DNA of 64,000 nucleotides from Orbicella franksi (Eukaryota): NCBI GenBank assembly GCA_964199315.1, contig OZ116712.1, positions 21,018,001 to 21,082,000 of the forward strand, read 5' to 3'. Shown piece by piece: positions 1 to 11,552 of this stretch (position 1 is its first letter; each line of letters starts with the position of its first letter). The notes under the pieces were generated by a model. It saw only the letters and a program-made list of their open reading frames with translations, ran no database searches and was not told where the DNA came from. The position numbers and the translations under genes were made by a program.

Positions 1-2189
1 ATTCAGCAGTTAATAGTGAAATAGAAGACGTTCAAATTTTCACTGTAGCCAGCCTGTTCTTTGAAAAATGCTTTAATATTTAAAAAGTAGGCGAAGTGGA
101 CTTCACACTACAGACAACTTTCCATCTGTTAGCACACTCTTCTGGCTTTATTTAAATTGTATTTTTCTCAATTGCCTGTATCCATTCATGTATATATCGG
201 CAATAAAAGTGCACTAAATATGAAATATTTATGAGATATGAATGTACACTAAAAAACACTTTCGGTTCTCGCACACGTTGGTATAATTAATTGACTTTCG
301 TAGGCTGATTCCAAAACGGATTGATGTGTAGTCGCTGAGAAACAAAACTTTGTGTCATAGATCAAGTTGTACTTAAATGTAATCCTTCCGATGTACGCAC
401 TGCCGAGCTATTTTTGTCGGACAAGCGCGTTGGGAACAGACCCTGCAGGGCCACTTATCGCAGTGAGTGATCAGAAAAAAGGATTACTCCGATAAGATTA
501 AGATCTACAATTGTGACGTTTGCTGGTTAATGGCACACATTATAACAATAAAAGAAATGGCGGCCTTAGAAAGCTATCAATCATTTTTTTTCCTGTAATT
601 TTATAATCAAATCAACCAGCACGGAAATTTAAAATGAGCTCACGTAAGTTTTTCTCCATTAAAAAAAGTAACAAGGTGATCTAAGAATGGCCCGATAATG
701 CACTGCTGCGAAAAACTTTGTTCGGTATAGACGAAACAAACGGTGTGAGTCTGGACGACCTAAACTCTTTTTAGTAATTTCACCAGTACTGTAATATTAT
801 TGTAAGAAAACCGTATTATTGTAAGAACATTTTAGCGTAAGAAAATTAGAGTTCGGTTAATAAAAGAATATTTTAAAACTAGTATTAGTTTCGCACAATT
901 TTTTTGGCACGATATGTTATTTATTCCAGAATTCAGCCGCCGAAAAAACTGGTGCGTTAAGAGACATCTTGCAATTTTGACGGTTTGTCCTGATTTCTAA
1001 GCCAAGTGCATGCTGTTGATTCGATGCTTCAAAGAGCAGGAAGGTTGTCGATATGATTTCTTGTTTTCTTTGCCAACATCGGGTCGCGAATATGTTTATA
1101 TAACTGAAAAATTAAAGTAATAAATATTTTACTGTAGGAAACGACCATTCTAAAGGCAGGGATATAGAAATTTGTTTACACCACCAACCAATTATTTTAA
1201 AAAACACATATTTTTATGTTTATTTCACTCATTAATAGTACTGTATTTCTAGTGTACATTGAAGTAATTGGATTTTTTGTAAAATAATGACTGAAATCTC
1301 TCGCCTTCTTTAATCAAAAATCTAGTAGCTTATTACAGGTTACTAGAATTTTGTTTAAAGAAGGCTTTGGTTTCGTTTTAAATGAAACTTACTTATTGTT
1401 ACTTATTGTTGTCTATTCTTAGTCATCCCTTGCCTTCTGAACTTTCCTCTCCATACAAGAAGGATATTCAGATTTACATTTGCGGCAGGTACAGAGATAC
1501 TTTCACCTATAAATCGTCAAATTTAAAGATACTTTGAAACAACGTTATATCAGATTTGTAACCTGTTGGAGGCTTTGTAGCGTGGTCATGCCTTACACTT
1601 ATCAATGTCGTGCAGTTATTAACCGGCCAGAAATAACTGAATTTTGTTCATAAACCTCACAATGCAAAATGCGCTAATGGACGAAGCTTCTTTGGCGAAA
1701 TGATAAAACGTAATTTCCATTTACTTTTAAACGCGTATTGTATGGCGATATCGCCCCCTCCAGTGTTTTAGGCAATAATTATCACGCTTTCACAAACAGA
1801 ACACACGACTAAAATAATTACATTACAGACTCAGTCATCTGTAATCTACTGACCATTTAAGTCCATTAAAATGGCCTTACATTCAACAACTTCAATTTCG
1901 TAATTTGCAAGGTTTATTTCCTATTATACTCAAAAGGCGGTAGCTATCGTAATTTCAATTGATCTTGGACCGACCTTCGCTTAATTTAGACGCGAATTGT
2001 ATGTCTTCAACGGGGTTGGTTATGTAATAATGTTTTTTTATAAACTCGGTGGGATAATTCATTTCACTTAGTTGTGCACTGAATACTTGTATAATTGCAG
2101 AAAATGAAATTTCTTAGACGTTTTCGCCTTTTCCTTCTTTGATCCCTCTTGGGGCTTTTAACAAAAGAAGACTAAAACCCTTGAACGCA

Positions 2190-2440
2190 CTTCTATTCAC
2201 CGAAATTTTTCAGCGCTAGATTTAGAAACTCTCAGTGTTGCCTAAAGCGAGACGCTATTTGGAAGTACTTAGCTAGCACGATATGCTACCTGAAAAAAAT
2301 AAGCTTAGTGAAAAAGGCTTGAAATTGATTAGGAAGTTGCGTCTGTTTCCTGCCCGATTACTGTTTGGTTTATGCTTTTCTGAAATTCTTTTTGTCCGAT
2401 TTTTCCGGACCACGCAAACACCAAGCAACTATAAATAACA
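2190..2440 (+). promoter_or_regulatory. Promoter of peptide gene 1: conserved ~250-bp upstream block, 20-bp motif and TATA box
   Basis: TATAAATA at 2430-2437, preceded by TTTTCCGGACCACGCAAACA (2401-2420). The block aligns by eye with 9370-9600 (+) and 8000-8230 (-). Confidence 0.75.
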
Positions 2441-2522
2441 CTACACAGGTTCCATTCTACTCTACAATCGTTATTCCTACTCATAAGCACGCTCTTCACT
2501 GATAATCTCTATAGGTCCGAGA

Positions 2523-4509
2523 ATGGTGGTCACATTTTCACTAGGAATTATTTTATGTATCGCAGGTAAGCATCTTATCTTTCGAATATTGTTCGGCCTT
2601 CCTAGTGCTAGGATTTATTTCTTGTCTCAGTGTCTCTAAGGATGGGTAGTTGTATTTAGCTGGATTTTGTCTCGGAGTTCTGAAAACTTGGCCCGCTTCA
2701 ACTTAGTTTTTCGTCTCATTCAAGTTGCACCATACAGCATTCAAACAAAAAGCACTGTAAAGCAGTACTGACATGATAATTTTAAAGGAGAAATCCATGT
2801 GGAGTCTGGAGGCCAAAATTGAAGAGTAAAACGATATTTAATCATGAACGTGTCTGACAACTTTTTTCGTAAATATGTTATATCTGTCGACTCAAGTTCT
2901 TTATTTCATAAAGCAATATCTGCATGGCTGATCCGTTCAACGCGAGTCAGTATTCAAGAAAGCGTGATGATACTTTGTTTTTACATTTTCAAGATATTTC
3001 CCTATTATTGGTGTTACTAATGCTCTGCACTGACCATGCTGATTTTCTTGTATCATATTTTGTAAATTTACGATGAGATTTGCGTTCATTGCCTACCTCA
3101 TAATGAGAATTATAATATCCACAACTAAAGACATTTAGAGAAGAAAATTGTTGTCTAGCTGAATTATCTTTTTCTATCTCTTTTTTTTTTTTTTGGCTTT
3201 TTTTTTTTTTTTGTGCTTGTCTTATTGTTAAAAGAAATTTGCTCATCTCCTTAAATTGACTTGAGCAACCGACGTTTGGGATCAAAACTCGAACCACATG
3301 GGGCTTCTTGTTGAATAACTAAAAAGAATCATTATCCCGGCATGGTCATGCAATATCCCAGCATGGTCATGCAATATCCAATCTTGTTTTGCAATATTTT
3401 TTTGCAATATCTGGTCCAGCTTTGTTTTGAACTACTAGGTATTTTGTTGTTTCCAGTAGTGATTTATTTCTATGATCAGCCAAGTTAATGAGACTTTCTT
3501 TGTGTTTTATGTATGCCAACAAAAAACCTCGTTTTGCTCATGTGCGTTAATCTTTTGACAGGTAAAATATTTACCTAAGTACCATGTTGGTTTTAAAATT
3601 TGAAATTAGAAATCAATCAGTGCAATGTGCTAATAGAGATATACATGTACATGGTCATTAATTCTATTCCTTCGACGTACGTCGAAGATGGAAGAGACCA
3701 ATCGGAATATTTGGCAGGGACGTGCCGCGGGTTCCCAAAACCCACGATAAAAATATAACTGCAACGCTAATGTGATAGTGTTTAAAAATTAAAATAAAAA
3801 GCATCTAAAAGACTATCTAAAAGGTATTTTCAAGGAAGAGAACTACTGATTACAGAAATAATACGATAAAATATACATCTATAGAATAAGAAGAAGATTC
3901 AAAGGCTAGATCCGTATTTTAAAACTGTGAAATCACGTGACATTTTCCTAATTGCTCCTTTTTTAAAAGCATCAAGTGAACCAATATTTCCAACTTTATT
4001 GTCAATTTTGTTCCAAAGTTTGGCCCTAACATAGGCGATGGACTTCTCTATTGTATTGGTCATGGGGCAAGGAATATTAAAACAGAGTTTTTGCTTGAGA
4101 ATGTAACTCGTCTCACGTTTGACGAATATCATGTATTATAAAGAGGCGTAGGTGTTGCGCCATAACAGCAGTTGCGGGCTAAAAACAATAACCGCTGAGA
4201 ATATGTATGCCTGAGAGGCAACCAGTTTGTAATATTCTCTCCCTGTTGTTCTTAGGAACATCCTTAGTAACTGCTCAAGGGAATTTGCCAGTCGATCCTC
4301 AAGACACATCAGAAAAGGACACCGATCCAACTGCTTCTGGAAGCCCAGAAAATCTCGATCAACTATATCACACTTTGCACAGATGGCATGTTGCTCCACC
4401 CCCTGGCAAAAGATCAGCGATCGAGAGTAGCCTTGGAGCACGGAATTTTATCAGGGGGGGAGATATGTGGAAACTAGTAAACCACCAGAGATTCGATGAA
4501 GACTACTGA
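2523..4509 (+). CDS. Secreted peptide / putative neuropeptide precursor, paralog 1 (98 aa, 2 exons)
   Basis: Exons 2523-2565 (donor G|GTAAGC) and 4256-4509 (acceptor cttag|), phase 1. Protein: MVVTFSLGIILCIAGTSLVTA-QGNLPVDPQDTSEKDTDPTASGSPENLDQLYHTLHRWHVAPPPGKRSAIESSLGARNFIRGGDMWKLVNHQRFDEDY. Hydrophobic signal peptide, acidic spacer, GKR amidation/cleavage site. AATAAA at ~4562. Confidence 0.8.
3340..3379. repeat. Two-copy 21-bp tandem duplication
   Basis: GCATGGTCATGCAATATCC occurs at 3340 and 3361. Confidence 0.85.
3899..4132 (-). mobile_element. 3' fragment of an L2/CR1-group LINE ORF2 in the intron of peptide gene 1
   Basis: Translation NIPCPMTNTIEKSIAYVRAKLWNKI...SLDAFKK matches the typical ORF2 C-terminal pattern P.TN..K.S..Y.GA.LWN.L....SL..FK. 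Confidence 0.7.
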
Positions 4510-5224
4510 GCCGTTCGTCAAAAATGATCAAATTTTAAACACACGTAGGACTTAAAGTTAAAATAAATTGACAATTACAGAGAGACCGAGCGAACACTGC
4601 TGTAGTATTTTATTACATGAGAGAAATAAAAAATTAGGTATACAAAACCTTGAAATGTTCTCTTTTGGTGTTTGGGAGGTTGGTAATGGCAGTTCATAGC
4701 TATATAGGTTGTTATGCGCCGAACAAGTTTTCAGGTGATGAAACGTGCTCAACTACGTAGTGTGGATTTTGCATTTCTTTCTCGATGCCGCTGGAATTTG
4801 CATAAACGTTCTTGAAAAAAGTGTGAGATTTCTTGCCACAGCAGCATGAAAATCATAATCACGGCCACTTAAAAGGAGGAGGAGGGTTTTGTTTTTCGCG
4901 TATGTAACCGGTTGGGGATATACAGCTGTTTCGAGAAAGCTCGTCGGAATAAAGGGTAAAAGCGCACGCGACAACCCCGCAAGTTAGTATGGGTAGAAGT
5001 AGAGAGCTGCTACAGGCGGTGAATACTTAATCAGATATAGCAGCATGGCAAACGTCATTTCGCACATTTACTTCTTCTCATCAGACTTGTGGAAACAAGG
5101 TTCTTTTCGCCACCTGAATTTTAGAAGAATTTTCAGTGGAAGAAATGTTACAGAAAAATGGTCCTCTGAGTGAAAAATCTGCAGTATCCTTGGTAATACT
5201 TTACGCCCAAAAATACAAATTTGT

Positions 5225-5905
5225 AGCGGAGCTCCGGCGGCCGGAAGGGCCGCCAAGCGGAGCCCCATACTCATATACGAAAGAAAAGGAAACCCATGAG
5301 TTGATTTTCTCATGGTTATCATGGCTAACGGTATTGCTCGTGGGCGCGTACGCACGACGGCGACGACGACGACGGAGTCGCGCAACATGGCGGCCATACT
5401 CTAAATAATAGGTTGACAGAGATATGCAGCCGTTATTTACCGTGTACTTCTTTGATATTGGATATCCATGTTACGATCAATTGACACCTGTCAAAACGAG
5501 GTATCCGCTGACCAGTATCACGTGACCATATCGCGGGCTCAAGCTCATAGCGTGTGTTTTTTTGAAGGTGGCCGCTGACCAAGTGCTGGTTTTCGATTAG
5601 ATCGCGGGCTCATCTCAGGTTAACTTGTTGGAAACAGGGCAGGATTGTTCGGAGGCCGGTTAACGCTGACCCAGGATTACAAGTTAATCGAATTATTACT
5701 TTTTCTTCTATACAAATGTTTTTTGCTGCTTCGTTTTTTGTATATAGTGATTATTAAAACTCAAAACAGAAGGCCAAACAACTTACAGAAAACCTCAACG
5801 CAAAGTTAGAAAACTCAAATAAAAATTGTACCTTTTCCTGGGTTATTTGGCTCGAACAACCCGGCCCAGGAGCTACGCTTTTAGGCTGGCCTAAATCTAT
5901 ATATT
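5225..5905. repeat. Interspersed ~680-bp unclassified repeat
   Basis: CpG-rich block with sharp boundaries in AT-rich DNA (GGAGCTCCGGCGGCC...CTAAATCTATATATT). Resembles a high-copy coral repeat that yields spurious MAAMLRD... ORFs (recalled, not searched). Confidence 0.6.
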
Positions 5906-6570
5906 AGCTTGACGCTTTCATCCGACCAACTTTTTCGAAACCGCTGTGTAAGCTAGTGTTGATAAAGACGAGCAATAGAGGTATTTGCAAGGAAGGCAAA
6001 AGCACCGTTAAAATTAGATCTTTGGTAAAGGTCCTTTAAAGAAAAACAATGTAATGATTTAGGTCAGGGGTTTCAGTAGAGTTACACGAGGTTTCAAATG
6101 AAAAGAAAATGGATGTTGAATTCAGGCTTAAGTAATTCATTGGCGATATAGTAACGTTAGAGGAAAACATATTAAAAAAGTAGAATTAGTGTTGGAGATT
6201 AAGAGGAAAATCCTTTCAAACCATTTTCTGATAAGATCTGTTTGAAAGAAAAGCTCGCTAGGAAAGGTGTTTACGATGGAAATCCTATATAAAAATAATT
6301 TTGGTTGCCTCTTGGGAATAGCTATAGTCCGGAACGTTCATGACAAAAGTTGATGGCTTGGGAGAAAAACTCTATATATAAAAAAGGAATTGTTTTTTCA
6401 AGTAAACATAGTTATTTCAAGATATTTTAATATTTTTTTATTTGTAACATCGGGGGCGCCTGTGCATGGAAAACTGCAACCAAACGATGGTCCAGTAAAC
6501 AGACATAAAGCGAAAGTAGATCTCATGGTTTGATTACGTCTGGGGTAGAGGGAATGGAGAAAGTTTGGGA

Positions 6571-6862
6571 AAATGTCAATATCTACACAACCGTAAAGAT
6601 ATAAAATGTCATAAAACTGTTAAATGATGTTAAAATGATGTAATTGTGTTAGATTTATAGACAGGATTGGAATCTATATCCGAATATTAAAAAGAATAGG
6701 GATTTTGTAACTACTCGCTAGGGTAAATGTCAATATCTACAAACTATAAAAATGTGAAATGTCATAAAACTGATAAATGTTAGAATGATATAACTGTGTT
6801 TGTGTATCTATTATCAAGACTGGAATCTATATCGGAATATCGAGAAGAGGAATTTTGTACCC
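6571..6862. repeat. Two-copy tandem repeat, ~154-bp unit
   Basis: AAATGTCAATATCTAC...AAATGTCATAAAACTG...GGAATCTATATC recurs at 6571 and 6725. Confidence 0.8.
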
Positions 6863-7289
6863 ATATACTTGGGTATTTTGGCAGGTTTCAAAGATGGAAT
6901 TGCGATTTTGAGTCTTGCCTAACCTAGAAATGCTCGGTTTTTTTATTTGAATAAAGGATATCTTTCCTTGCGAACGGCAGATACTTGTTTCAGGAATTTA
7001 ATCTCACTTCCACAAAAAGTACGAAAAGAAAACCTCTCCCGAATAACGGGGACAGCTTATTTTCAAATTATGCTCGCATTAAATATAAGAAACTCATGTA
7101 TTCGTGCACCAATGAGGCCAAAACTGAATGATTCTCATGAATTGGTTAGTTCGTGTGTTCAATACTAAGAACGATGGGAATACTGATTGTTACGATTAAA
7201 AAATGATGCTTTAAACATGAGGCGATTTTCACCTGCAGTATCCATGAAAAAGTTCGTTAAGGAGACAGAAATCTTGGCGAAAGTAAAAT

Positions 7290-7848
7290 TAGGGCTTGCC
7301 ATAAGTTGCTCGGCAACTTTTTGGCAACTTTTCGTATTTCGAGCAACTTTTTTGTTTCGAGCAACTTTTTGCATTCTGAGCAATTTCAAGTTTTCTAGAT
7401 ATCGGAGCAGCTTTTAGTGCTGTAATTGGCCATATATACTTCCTTATTTTACAATGCTTCAGTAGACAACTTGTGAATTTCTTTAATTTTTGTTAAATTT
7501 TTTAAATGTTTGTTTAAAAAAATTTTAAAAATTTTTTAAAAATTTTGATATTGACGCGTAGTATTCACTCATACGTATTGTGACCAAATTTATTTAGCGA
7601 CGTTAGTTACAACGCAAAATTGCACAAAATGCTTAGAAATGTTACTTTTGTTGTACAGATTGCATATTTTTGCATCAGACCAAATAAAAGAAGAGAGAAA
7701 CAAAAAATGTTTTGGCCTTTTTAGCAGCTTTTGAGCAACTTTCGTTACAAAGAGCAACTTGACTTTTTTCGGAGCAACTTTTGAGCAACTTTTTGAGAAA
7801 TTTCGGGCAACTTTTTGGGAAATTCCGAGCAACTTGTGGCAAAACCTA
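7290..7848. mobile_element. hAT-type non-autonomous DNA transposon (MITE)
   Basis: 22-bp TIR: TAGGGCTTGCCATAAGTTGCTC versus reverse complement of the right end TAGGTTTTGCCACAAGTTGCTC. 8-bp TSD AGTAAAAT/AGTAAATT (7/8). Subterminal GAGCAACTTTT repeats. Confidence 0.85.
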
Positions 7849-7884
7849 AGTAAATTTATGAGTGCTGAGATATAAAATTCTTAC

Positions 7885-8230
7885 CTAAATTCCTAGAAAA
7901 ACTGGGAACAACAGATCTGACCCCATAGTGATATCGGCCACTGACGGCATTTATAAATAGGAGTATCGGCTGCGAAGTTGAACGGACTCGGTGAAGTGAG
8001 CGTTATTTATAGATAGTGTTTGCGTGGTCGGGGAAAATGGACACCAAAATTGAACTAACAAACAGTCCGCCAGAAAATATCACGAGGCTTCCTTATCAAT
8101 TTGAAGTCATTTTTACGAAGGAAAACGCCGCTTATTGTCAAAATCCTTCGAAATTAAATAACCTCTTGCTTCAGGTAACTCACAGTTTCTAATTGTGGCA
8201 GTATTTCGAACGTTCAGTGAATAGGACTGA
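7885..8230 (-). pseudogene. Inverted paralog 3 of the peptide gene: promoter plus exon 1 with in-frame stop
   Basis: Minus strand has TTTTCCCCGACCACGCAAACA (8037-8017), TATAAATA (8011-8004), then ATG at 7926 reading MGSDLLFPVFLGI-TAG|GTAAGA. The ILCIA/VICLT segment of paralogs 1 and 2 is deleted. Exon 2 was not securely located. Confidence 0.7.
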
Positions 8231-9369
8231 TGTTTTGGAGTTTTGAACTACTTGCAATTGATAACAAAGTTTAAAACGAAAGAATCGAAACCTAACAGTA
8301 TAGACATGTAAGGGGAAAACAAACATGTCACCAATTTTGCTTGCAGAAAAACTATTACATAACCAAGCTTAAGGTACACATCTGGCATCTAACGCAATCG
8401 AAGAAATCGGTCCCAAGCCAATTGAAATTATAATAACTAGGACCGCCCTTTGAGTAAATATAGAAAATAAAATCTGGCAAATTGTGAAATTAAATATATA
8501 AGTTCCGAATCTTGTATCTGGTTTGATTATTAGTATGATGAAAATCGGATCGATTTTAGCGAAATCAACTTAGTACCGTGCGTCATATTGGATTGGGAAT
8601 TTAAAGGACAAATTTTGTCACGGTTAGCTAATTACCACAGAACTGTAATTCACGTGTAAGCCACGGTGACCATGCTACAAAACACGGTATATACGGCCGG
8701 CATCTTGCTGGTATCATGTATAATAATATACAGAATGTAAGACTCTTAATGCACGAGAATATGAAAAATTATTTAGCTTTTCGCCCCCAATACTCGATCC
8801 GTTTTCAAAACAGACTTTTTGCACTTATTTTGTTCTTTAATATTCATAGAGTGTAGTTCAGTAGTTATATTGTTATCCCCGCCAGAAGATTAAGTCGATT
8901 ACATTGTCTTGTTTTCATTTTTTTTTTTTTCTTTTTTTGTTGAATCACACGTCTCATTGTCAGAATTCGTTTTCTCGGCTTTCAATTCCTTGCCGTTTTC
9001 ATCAGTTAATTTTGTCATAATTTGGAAAGTCATTTTGTTTTATAATAGCTGTAGCTGTACATAATAGTAATAAATATAAGCAGAACCAATTAGAAAACAA
9101 GACACCAGTTCGGAACTTATATTTTTAATCTAGTCAATATAAGTCAGGCTCTTATTCCATTACTTAACTTCAAAAGACGGTAATTTTATTCTACTTTGCT
9201 TTAGACAACAATATGTAACTTGAAGGTGTTAGCTCGGTGATGTATGAGCACTGATAAAATATTTTACGTGTTAGGTATCTACTCTTAAAGGAATAACCTG
9301 TCGACACGCTTAAACATCTCTTTTCAAGACCTTTCTATCAAGAGCTTCAAATTAATCGTCGGCACTGTT

Positions 9370-9600
9370 AGCGACAATTTCACAATGCTAGAATTAGAAA
9401 CTTTCAGGGTTGCCTTAAGGGAGACGCTGCCTAATTTGGAAGTATTCTTGTAATATACGCCGTTCTCCTTAGTGAAAACGACTTCAAATTAACAAGGGAA
9501 GTTTCGTCTATTTCCTTCTTGAATATTTGGTTAAAGTGTATGAACTTTTGATACGCATTTTCCCGGACCACGCAAACATCAGTTGCTATATAAATAATGC
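9370..9600 (+). promoter_or_regulatory. Promoter of peptide gene 2: conserved block, motif and TATA box
   Basis: TTTTCCCGGACCACGCAAACA (9558-9578) and TATATAAATA (9587-9596), homologous to 2190-2440. Confidence 0.75.
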
Positions 9601-9671
9601 TGAACTAAATCCATCCAATTTCGCAAATCACATCACTCCTGCTCATACGCCGGTGCTTGGCAGATATTACT

Positions 9672-11552
9672 ATGGGTCCGAGTCTCTTGATCACGTTAGG
9701 AATTGTTATATGTCTTACAGGTAAGGAACATATCTAGATGTCAGAGCTTTTTGTTTTTTTCGAATCTGGTTCCGTCTTCCCTCCGCTATGAGTTCTATTT
9801 TATCATTTCAACAATTTCGTTAGAGACTTGTATTTGTATTAGCAGATGAAACATGTATCTTGGAGTTTATTTTCTCAATATTGTCCCGTATATTCATTCA
9901 GTCTAGTATTTGAAATGCTCTCATGCAAATCCTTGAATTGCTTTACCATTCAATCACAAGTGTTCCGACTATTTGTGCGTCATATTCTGCTGACGTGTAA
10001 ATGACATAAGTTATATTTAATATTTATGGTTCATTGCGAAGAAGGTTGTGCTGTTGATGTAAAGAAGACGCGATGTTTTAGGCCCGGGTCACGTTTCTGA
10101 CAATATACAAGTTTTTTTTATGAATTAAGTGAAAGTCAAATCCTGAATCAAGCTTACACTCAATTAAACATGGAGTCAAGATGATATTTCTATAATTACT
10201 ATGTTTTAGTTCATGTTGCGGCAGACTGAATACACTTTACACTGGAGATGTTCATTTTTGTGTGCAATCAGTACTGAAATTGACAAACACGATGACTTTA
10301 TAATAACAATTGCAACTAATAATATCTTGGGTTAAAGGAATATATATTTCAGTCGTTGTGTGGTTGTTGTATTTGTGACTTTCGAGAGCTGCTAAAATTA
10401 ATTTGTGTGACCTCACAAGATCATCCGAGTTACTCCATGTTGTGACTTACTGTTTCATTTGCCAATGAAACTGCTAATCTCATCATGACCGCGCAATATC
10501 TAACTTAGTTTGAGCCGGTTGGCCCTCGAAATTTTCACCAGAATTCCCTTCTTGCACAGCTAAGGGTAGCGCGAAAACTTGCTTTTGATTCATCTTTGCT
10601 TTGTGTTATTTCCCTGCTCTTACATGTATACTGACATTTCTATCCAAGAGTTAAAACTTTTAATTCGTACACATCATCTTGGAAATGCGCGTCACAAGCG
10701 CGGCTCATCACGAACTCAAAGTCTACTGGTAAATGAGTCGGTGAAATTCCCAGTATCTTCTCACTGTTATATTGTGAGAGTGGTTAAAGAAGTTGTCTCA
10801 CACGTTGTAGAACTCAAGGCAGTAGAATAGGGTATAACTTACAAAGTCAAGAACAAGGTTTTTTACTCGGGGTTCTATAATAGAAATTGAAACTTGGAAG
10901 TGACTTTGTAATGATACGGGTTTAGTTAGCGTATGTTGGACTACGATAGTGATAAAGTTTCTGCATGGAAAATAGCTAGTCTAGGATAGGGCACGGGTAT
11001 TTGGTGCCTAGGTAATCTAGAATACGGTTGCAAAATAAAGCTGATCATGGTCTAGTATAGAGTAAGGGTTTCAGAGTCGCAACGGCACAGCCCCACCCAA
11101 AGATTTACAGCGTACCCATCCCGGGTGATCATTCATGACCAAGAAGTCATTCCCCCTCCGGATATCAATAGGAATTAAACAGATAGGTCAAGAGAGAAGA
11201 TCAAATCCTCATCTTTGCTGCATTATGATGTTGCACCAAATTCTTCTAACGAAAATGGATTTACGTCTCTAGAAGGCTGTAAGGAGAACTCATATTTTGA
11301 AACTGATCTCCTCCGTCAGGAACATCGTTGCTAGTCACTGCTCAAATACAGTGGCCCCCGAGACCTGGAGACGAAGCTCAGAAACCTCAAGAAGCAAGTC
11401 TGGATAAGGTGTATCTGTTAGAAATCAAACCATTAAAAGCGAAACTCGCTGGTTATTCAAGAGAAGTGGTAAAGAGTAACCATGAAGCACGGAAATTTAT
11501 CCCCGGAAAACTGTGGAAAAGAGGGAGCCGCCAGAGTTTCGATGAAGACTGA
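9672..11552 (+). CDS. Secreted peptide / putative RPamide-like neuropeptide precursor, paralog 2 (93 aa, 2 exons)
   Basis: Exons 9672-9720 (G|GTAAGG) and 11320-11552 (cgtcag|), with the same phase-1 intron position as paralog 1. Protein: MGPSLLITLGIVICLTGTSLLVTA-QIQWPPRPGDEAQKPQEASLDKVYLLEIKPLKAKLAGYSREVVKSNHEARKFIPGKLWKRGSRQSFDED. Confidence 0.8.

Noticed and set aside
2989-3297. 102-aa Lys-rich ORF
   Set aside because: The Lys runs come from poly-T tracts in an intron; no splice or homology support.
4714-5011. Minus-strand frame ...NPPPPFKWP-TGA-L-TGA-FSCCCGKK...SPENLFGA, considered as a selenopeptide or as exon 2 of paralog 3
   Set aside because: The putative SECIS (ATGAA...AA...GA) downstream has no pairing stem. 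The phase does not match the paralogs' phase-1 intron, and there is no convincing DNA homology to their exon 2.
5068-5408. ORFs MAAMLRDS... (-) and MEEMLQK... (+)
   Set aside because: They are mostly inside an interspersed repeat. The tail WRKEPCFHKSDEKK only weakly recalls the paralogs' WK...FDED and is not enough to call exon 2.
7300-7840. GAGCAACTTTT and similar short repeats considered as a CRISPR-like array
   Set aside because: Irregular spacing, no unique spacers, and bounded by TIRs and a TSD. These are transposon subterminal repeats in a eukaryote.
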